A stretch of DNA of 32,000 nt from Opitutia bacterium KCR 482 (GTDB lineage: Bacteria; Verrucomicrobiota; Verrucomicrobiia; Opitutales; Intestinicryptomonadaceae): positions 2,070,001 through 2,102,000 of the forward strand of contig CP149973.1 in the NCBI GenBank assembly GCA_029269845.2. Reading direction: 5' to 3'. Below the pieces are notes generated by a model, which saw nothing but the letters and a program-made list of their open reading frames with translations, ran no database searches and was not told where the DNA came from. This document shows, piece after piece, positions 28,886-32,000 of the stretch. A program made the position numbers and the translations under genes. Within the stretch, counting starts at the first letter, position 1. Each line of letters starts with the position of its first letter.

Positions 28886-30136
28886 CTATTGGAACGAATG
28901 CGGCTCCGCCTTGACTTTTGCCAGTCTCACAAATGCGGGCATTCCGTTTTCGAACGGCACCTGAACTTCGCCCTGCATGAGCGGGAGCATGTATTTATTG
29001 AACTGGTAGCTGATTGAGATTTTGTCTTCGCCAATCCAGTTTTCGGGGAAGTGTTTTACGCCGTTTGCAACTCTGTCAAGCTCCGTAAGCACGGTTTCGC
29101 AGGAGTATTTTTCGGTGTCGCCGCGCACGAGGGTTACCATCACGCCAGATTCGCCGTCTGCCGCAGCCTTCACCGCCGCCTGACCGCACATGAACGCCTC
29201 GTTGGAGTCCGTAAGCGATGCGCACGTTTCCGCCGCCCTCTGGACGTGTCCGGGCTTCGACGAGCGCGCCTTGACCCCCGGCAGGTTCTTGGAAACCAAG
29301 TCTTCGAGGTAGCTGCCTACGCCGCCGAGCTTTGCGTGTCCGAAAGAGTCTTGGGCGGCTTCGCCCTCCGCAACGTAGTTGCCGTTTGCGTCGGCGAGGC
29401 CTTCGCTTGCCACAACAAGGCAGTACTTGTTGACTTTAAGGCATTCCTGCACCTGCGCGATAAAGTATTCGGGGTTGAACGCCACTTCGGGGAGGAGAAT
29501 GATGTGCGGCGGGTCTTGCAGTTCGCCGCGGCGTTTTGCCATTGTCGTGCCTGCGGCAATCCAGCCTGCGTCTCTGCCCATTACTTCGACAATCGAAACG
29601 AGGTCGTGGTTGCCCATGGATTCGTGGTCGAGCGCAAGTTCGCGTATCGACGCGCAGAGGTATTTTACTACGCTGCCGTAGCCGGGGCAGTGGTCTGTCA
29701 TGGGGAGGTCGTTATCGACGGTTTTCGGCACGCCGATTGCGCGGAGCGCGTATCCCTTTTCGTCGGCATACTGCGAGATTTTGTTGGTGGTGTCCTGCGA
29801 GTCGTTCCCGCCGATGTAGAAGAAGAAGCGGATATTGTATTTCTTGAATACTTCGAGGAGTTTCGCAAAGTCCTGCTCGGTCTTCAACTTGTAGCGGCAT
29901 GTGCCGAGAGCCGAACCCGGTGTGTAGCGAAGGCCGCGAACCGTCTGCTGCGATTCCTGCGCCAAGTCTATAATCTGTTCGTTCAAAATGCCTTCGATAC
30001 CGTTGAGACCGCCGTAGATTTCCTCTATGCAGTCGTGGTTGAGGGCTTCGGTGATTACGCCCGCAAGGCTCGCGTTGATGACCGCCGTAGGGCCGCCGGA
30101 TTGTGCAACCAGTACATTGCCGATTAATTCTTCCAT
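28886..30136 (-). CDS. pfp: 6-phosphofructokinase family enzyme, predicted pyrophosphate-dependent
   Basis: 416 aa from MEELIGNVLVAQSGGPTAVINA (ATG 30134-30136). IGGNDSQDT replaces the ATP-type GGDGS, and GVPKTVDNDL replaces PGTIDND (the Asp/Lys specificity determinants). Confidence 0.8.
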   Translation of the reverse strand: MEELIGNVLVAQSGGPTAVINASLAGVITEALNHDCIEEIYGGLNGIEGILNEQIIDLAQESQQTVRGLRYTPGSALGTCRYKLKTEQDFAKLLEVFKKYNIRFFFYIGGNDSQDTTNKISQYADEKGYALRAIGVPKTVDNDLPMTDHCPGYGSVVKYLCASIRELALDHESMGNHDLVSIVEVMGRDAGWIAAGTTMAKRRGELQDPPHIILLPEVAFNPEYFIAQVQECLKVNKYCLVVASEGLADANGNYVAEGEAAQDSFGHAKLGGVGSYLEDLVSKNLPGVKARSSKPGHVQRAAETCASLTDSNEAFMCGQAAVKAAADGESGVMVTLVRGDTEKYSCETVLTELDRVANGVKHFPENWIGEDKISISYQFNKYMLPLMQGEVQVPFENGMPAFVRLAKVKAEPHSFQ

Positions 30137-30174
30137 ATGTGAATCTTTCTTAATTAAGATAAAAATTTGTTTGC

Positions 30175-30205
30175 AGTTTGCCGTTTTTTGCCTTTTTGGC
30201 AAACT
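30175..30205. promoter_or_regulatory. 8-bp inverted repeat in the divergent pfp / exonuclease promoter region
   Basis: AGTTTGCC (30175-82) - 15 nt T-rich spacer - GGCAAACT (30198-205). Confidence 0.35.
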
Positions 30206-30281
30206 TTTTCTACCCGATTCGATAAAAAAGGTGGATTTTTTCATTCGGTTGTGTATCAAAATTCGTCTTTAATATAAAAAT

Positions 30282-31202
30282 ATGGATTCCGACGGGCAGC
30301 ACAGTTCAGATTTTTCCGATGGCGGCGGCGCGGACGGCGGCGTTTCGCAACAGCCCGTCGTGCGCTCGCGCTTCAAGTGCCTCTACCCGCGCAGGGTAAA
30401 CGCCGACATGCTCCAATGCCTGCCGATTGTCGCGTACAGGGGCGAAATAGTCCTTGTGGAAGACGACGACAGGCTCGACGCCGTTCTGCCCGAAATTCTG
30501 CGCGAGCGCGTGCTCGGCTTCGACACCGAAACGCGCCCGAACTTTTCGCGCAACAAGCACTATTTGGTTTCCATTCTCCAACTTTGCGGCGCGGAGAAAG
30601 TCTGGATTATCAGGCTCGAACCGCTCAAACACAGGCTTTCCGACATTTACGAAATTCTCGAAAACCCCGCAATCAAGAAGGTGGGGCTTGCGGTTCACGG
30701 CGACATTCTCTCGCTCAAAGAACGCTGGCTGTTTTCGCCCGCGGGCTTTGTCGATATTGCGCAGTCCACAAAGGGAATCGGCGTGATAAACACGGGCATG
30801 AAAAACCTCGCGGCCCTCGTTTTGGGCGAGCGCATTTCGAAGTCGGCGCAGCTGACGAACTGGGCGAGCGACTCGCTCACGAAAAAACAGCTCGAATACG
30901 CCGCGACCGACGCTTGGATTAGCCGCAGGCTCTTTCTCGAAGTCAAAAAAAGCATCGAGACCACAAGCATCGCCCTCGAACCCGAACCGAAGCAGAAGCA
31001 CAGGTTCAACTTCAAGGTTTTCGTGTCGGGCATGATGCGCACGCTCGCAAAGAAATTCGGCGAGGTTAAGCTGCGCCGACAGCATGTTTCCGCGCCCAAG
31101 AAAAGCGACGCAAACAAACAGCAGCCCCGCAACGGCGGGCGCAGACGCTCTGGCAAACGGAATCCGCAGGACGGCCGAAATTCGGGCGGAAAGCGCGGAT
31201 AA
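30282..31202 (+). CDS. 3'-5' exonuclease (DEDDy, RNase D/WRN-exonuclease-like) with a basic C-terminal tail
   Basis: ExoI LGFDTET, ExoII AVHGDILSL, ExoIII YAATDAWIS. The C-terminal ~60 aa are Lys/Arg/Gly-rich. ATG at 30282. Confidence 0.8.
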   Translation: MDSDGQHSSDFSDGGGADGGVSQQPVVRSRFKCLYPRRVNADMLQCLPIVAYRGEIVLVEDDDRLDAVLPEILRERVLGFDTETRPNFSRNKHYLVSILQLCGAEKVWIIRLEPLKHRLSDIYEILENPAIKKVGLAVHGDILSLKERWLFSPAGFVDIAQSTKGIGVINTGMKNLAALVLGERISKSAQLTNWASDSLTKKQLEYAATDAWISRRLFLEVKKSIETTSIALEPEPKQKHRFNFKVFVSGMMRTLAKKFGEVKLRRQHVSAPKKSDANKQQPRNGGRRRSGKRNPQDGRNSGGKRG

Positions 31203-31583
31203 TTTTTGCGCAGGCTCGCGGGGCGCGAGGCGTTTCTGTCTCAACCGCGATTGGGGCAAGCGATAATTTTTGCGCAGACGCGCCGCGAGTGTTTGTTGCG
31301 CGGGGAGCGTATTTCGCGGTGTAGGCGGCTGCCGTTCGGCATGTATGCTTGCGCGTATTTGTTGCGCGGGAGGTATTATATAAAGGCGAGGTTGCTCAGA
31401 GTCGGCATTCGGCATGCAGGCGTTGCGCGTTGCAATTATATTATACAGGCGGCGCGGACTGACGCGATTGATTTTTCCGCCGCGCGTGTTTTGCGCGGAA
31501 TTTATGCGGCGCGTTGTCGGGAAAATTTCGGCGCGGATTGTTCGGCGGATTTGCGCCGCAGTCGAGAGGCGGATTTTTTGCGC
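31199..31583 (+). repeat. Degenerate ~64-73-bp direct repeats and nine same-strand TTGCGC motifs in a convergent intergenic gap
   Basis: ATAATTTTTGCGCAG at 31199 and 31263; TTTGTTGCGCGGG at 31292 and 31358; TTCGGCATG at 31335 and 31408. TTGCGC at 31206, 31270, 31296, 31349, 31362, 31423, 31491, 31551 and 31578. AT-rich cores GGTATTATATAAAGG and CAATTATATTATACAGG. Confidence 0.7.
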
Positions 31584-31594
31584 GTCGGGGCGGG

Positions 31595-32000
31595 TTAAAA
31601 TTCCCCGCGCCCCACGAGCAACGCGTAGTTGTTGCCCCATTCGCTCGACGCAATGCACATTATTTTTTTCGGGTTGTCGGGCAGTTTTGCCTCGTCGAAA
31701 AGTTTTACGCCGGTGCGCTGTTTCCAGAGCGGTCTGCCGCCCGCCAAGGCTTCGAGCGCGAACACGAGCGTTGCGGGCGCGGACGCCGTTTCGAGGTATC
31801 CCGTGTTGAGCGAGCTTGCGAGCATCGGGGCGTCGGGGAAGAGCGTGTCGCGGACGAACACCGCGACGGAGTCTTGCGCGCAGCCGCGCGGACTCCACAA
31901 AACCAAGTCGATTTCCTCCGCGCGAATCTTTGCCGCGTCAAGTGCTTCGCGCGCCGCCCGCAGGAGTCCGTCGTTGTCCAAGTTGTGCGAGCCGAACGCG
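31595..32000 (-). CDS. Beta-ketoacyl-synthase-like (thiolase-fold) protein, C-terminal part; 5' end outside window
   Basis: The frame stays open to nt 32000 (the listed M at 31981 is a TTG inside the gene). ...LASSLNTGYLETASAPATLVFALEAL...IASSEWGNNYALLV resembles the KAS C-terminal half, but the two catalytic His positions are absent. Confidence 0.45.
   Translation of the reverse strand, partial: AFGSHNLDNDGLLRAAREALDAAKIRAEEIDLVLWSPRGCAQDSVAVFVRDTLFPDAPMLASSLNTGYLETASAPATLVFALEALAGGRPLWKQRTGVKLFDEAKLPDNPKKIMCIASSEWGNNYALLVGRGEF

Noticed and set aside
31203-31594. Chromosomal replication origin (oriC): AT-rich cores plus TTATCCGC / TTATCGCT on the minus strand resembling DnaA boxes.
   Set aside because: Only 6-7 of 9 matches to TTATCCACA, just two such sites, no dnaA/dnaN/gidA-type neighbours, and I cannot compute GC skew. 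Kept only as a generic motif-array observation.

Overview
32-kb chromosomal window from a Gram-negative, moderately GC-rich bacterium. lpxD is present. Two PEP-CTERM-tagged proteins, a PPi-type PFK and mostly SD-poor starts suggest a PVC-group (Lentisphaerae/Verrucomicrobia-like) organism, but that is inference only. I can support 28 protein-coding genes, nearly all housekeeping, in tight operons with ATGA/TAATG stop-start overlaps: purT (partial); purB-tgt-[acyl-AMP ligase+ACP+PlsC acyltransferase fusion]-62-aa ORF; a protein with 22 uninterrupted xxNxG pentads; HAD hydrolase; 2-hydroxyacid dehydrogenase; a PEP-CTERM fragment without a signal peptide; rpsO-pnp; rlmH-[secreted unknown]-lutABC; pyrD; [acidic unknown]-[PhoD-like protein with degenerate metal motifs]; ICMT-like methyltransferase; HIT-phoH-pgpH-lpxD; a 622-aa PEP-CTERM surface protein; pfp; a DEDDy 3'-5' exonuclease; and a partial KAS-like gene. 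I see no rRNA, tRNA, CRISPR array, transposase/integrase or recognisable defence gene. The most unusual content is non-coding. (i) Three head-to-tail ~157-nt copies of an element at 18261-18735, after pyrD and before a strong terminator, keep their three stems between diverged copies through compensatory substitutions; this is my best candidate for an undescribed structured RNA family. (ii) A related repeat island lies at 12295-12700 between the pnp and lutC terminators. (iii) A run of short perfect GC hairpins with GAA/AAA/GCT triloops lies at 18785-19057. (iv) A 392-bp convergent gap (31203-31594) carries nine same-strand TTGCGC motifs and degenerate ~65-bp repeats. All homology calls come from reading the translations by eye; nothing was searched against databases.
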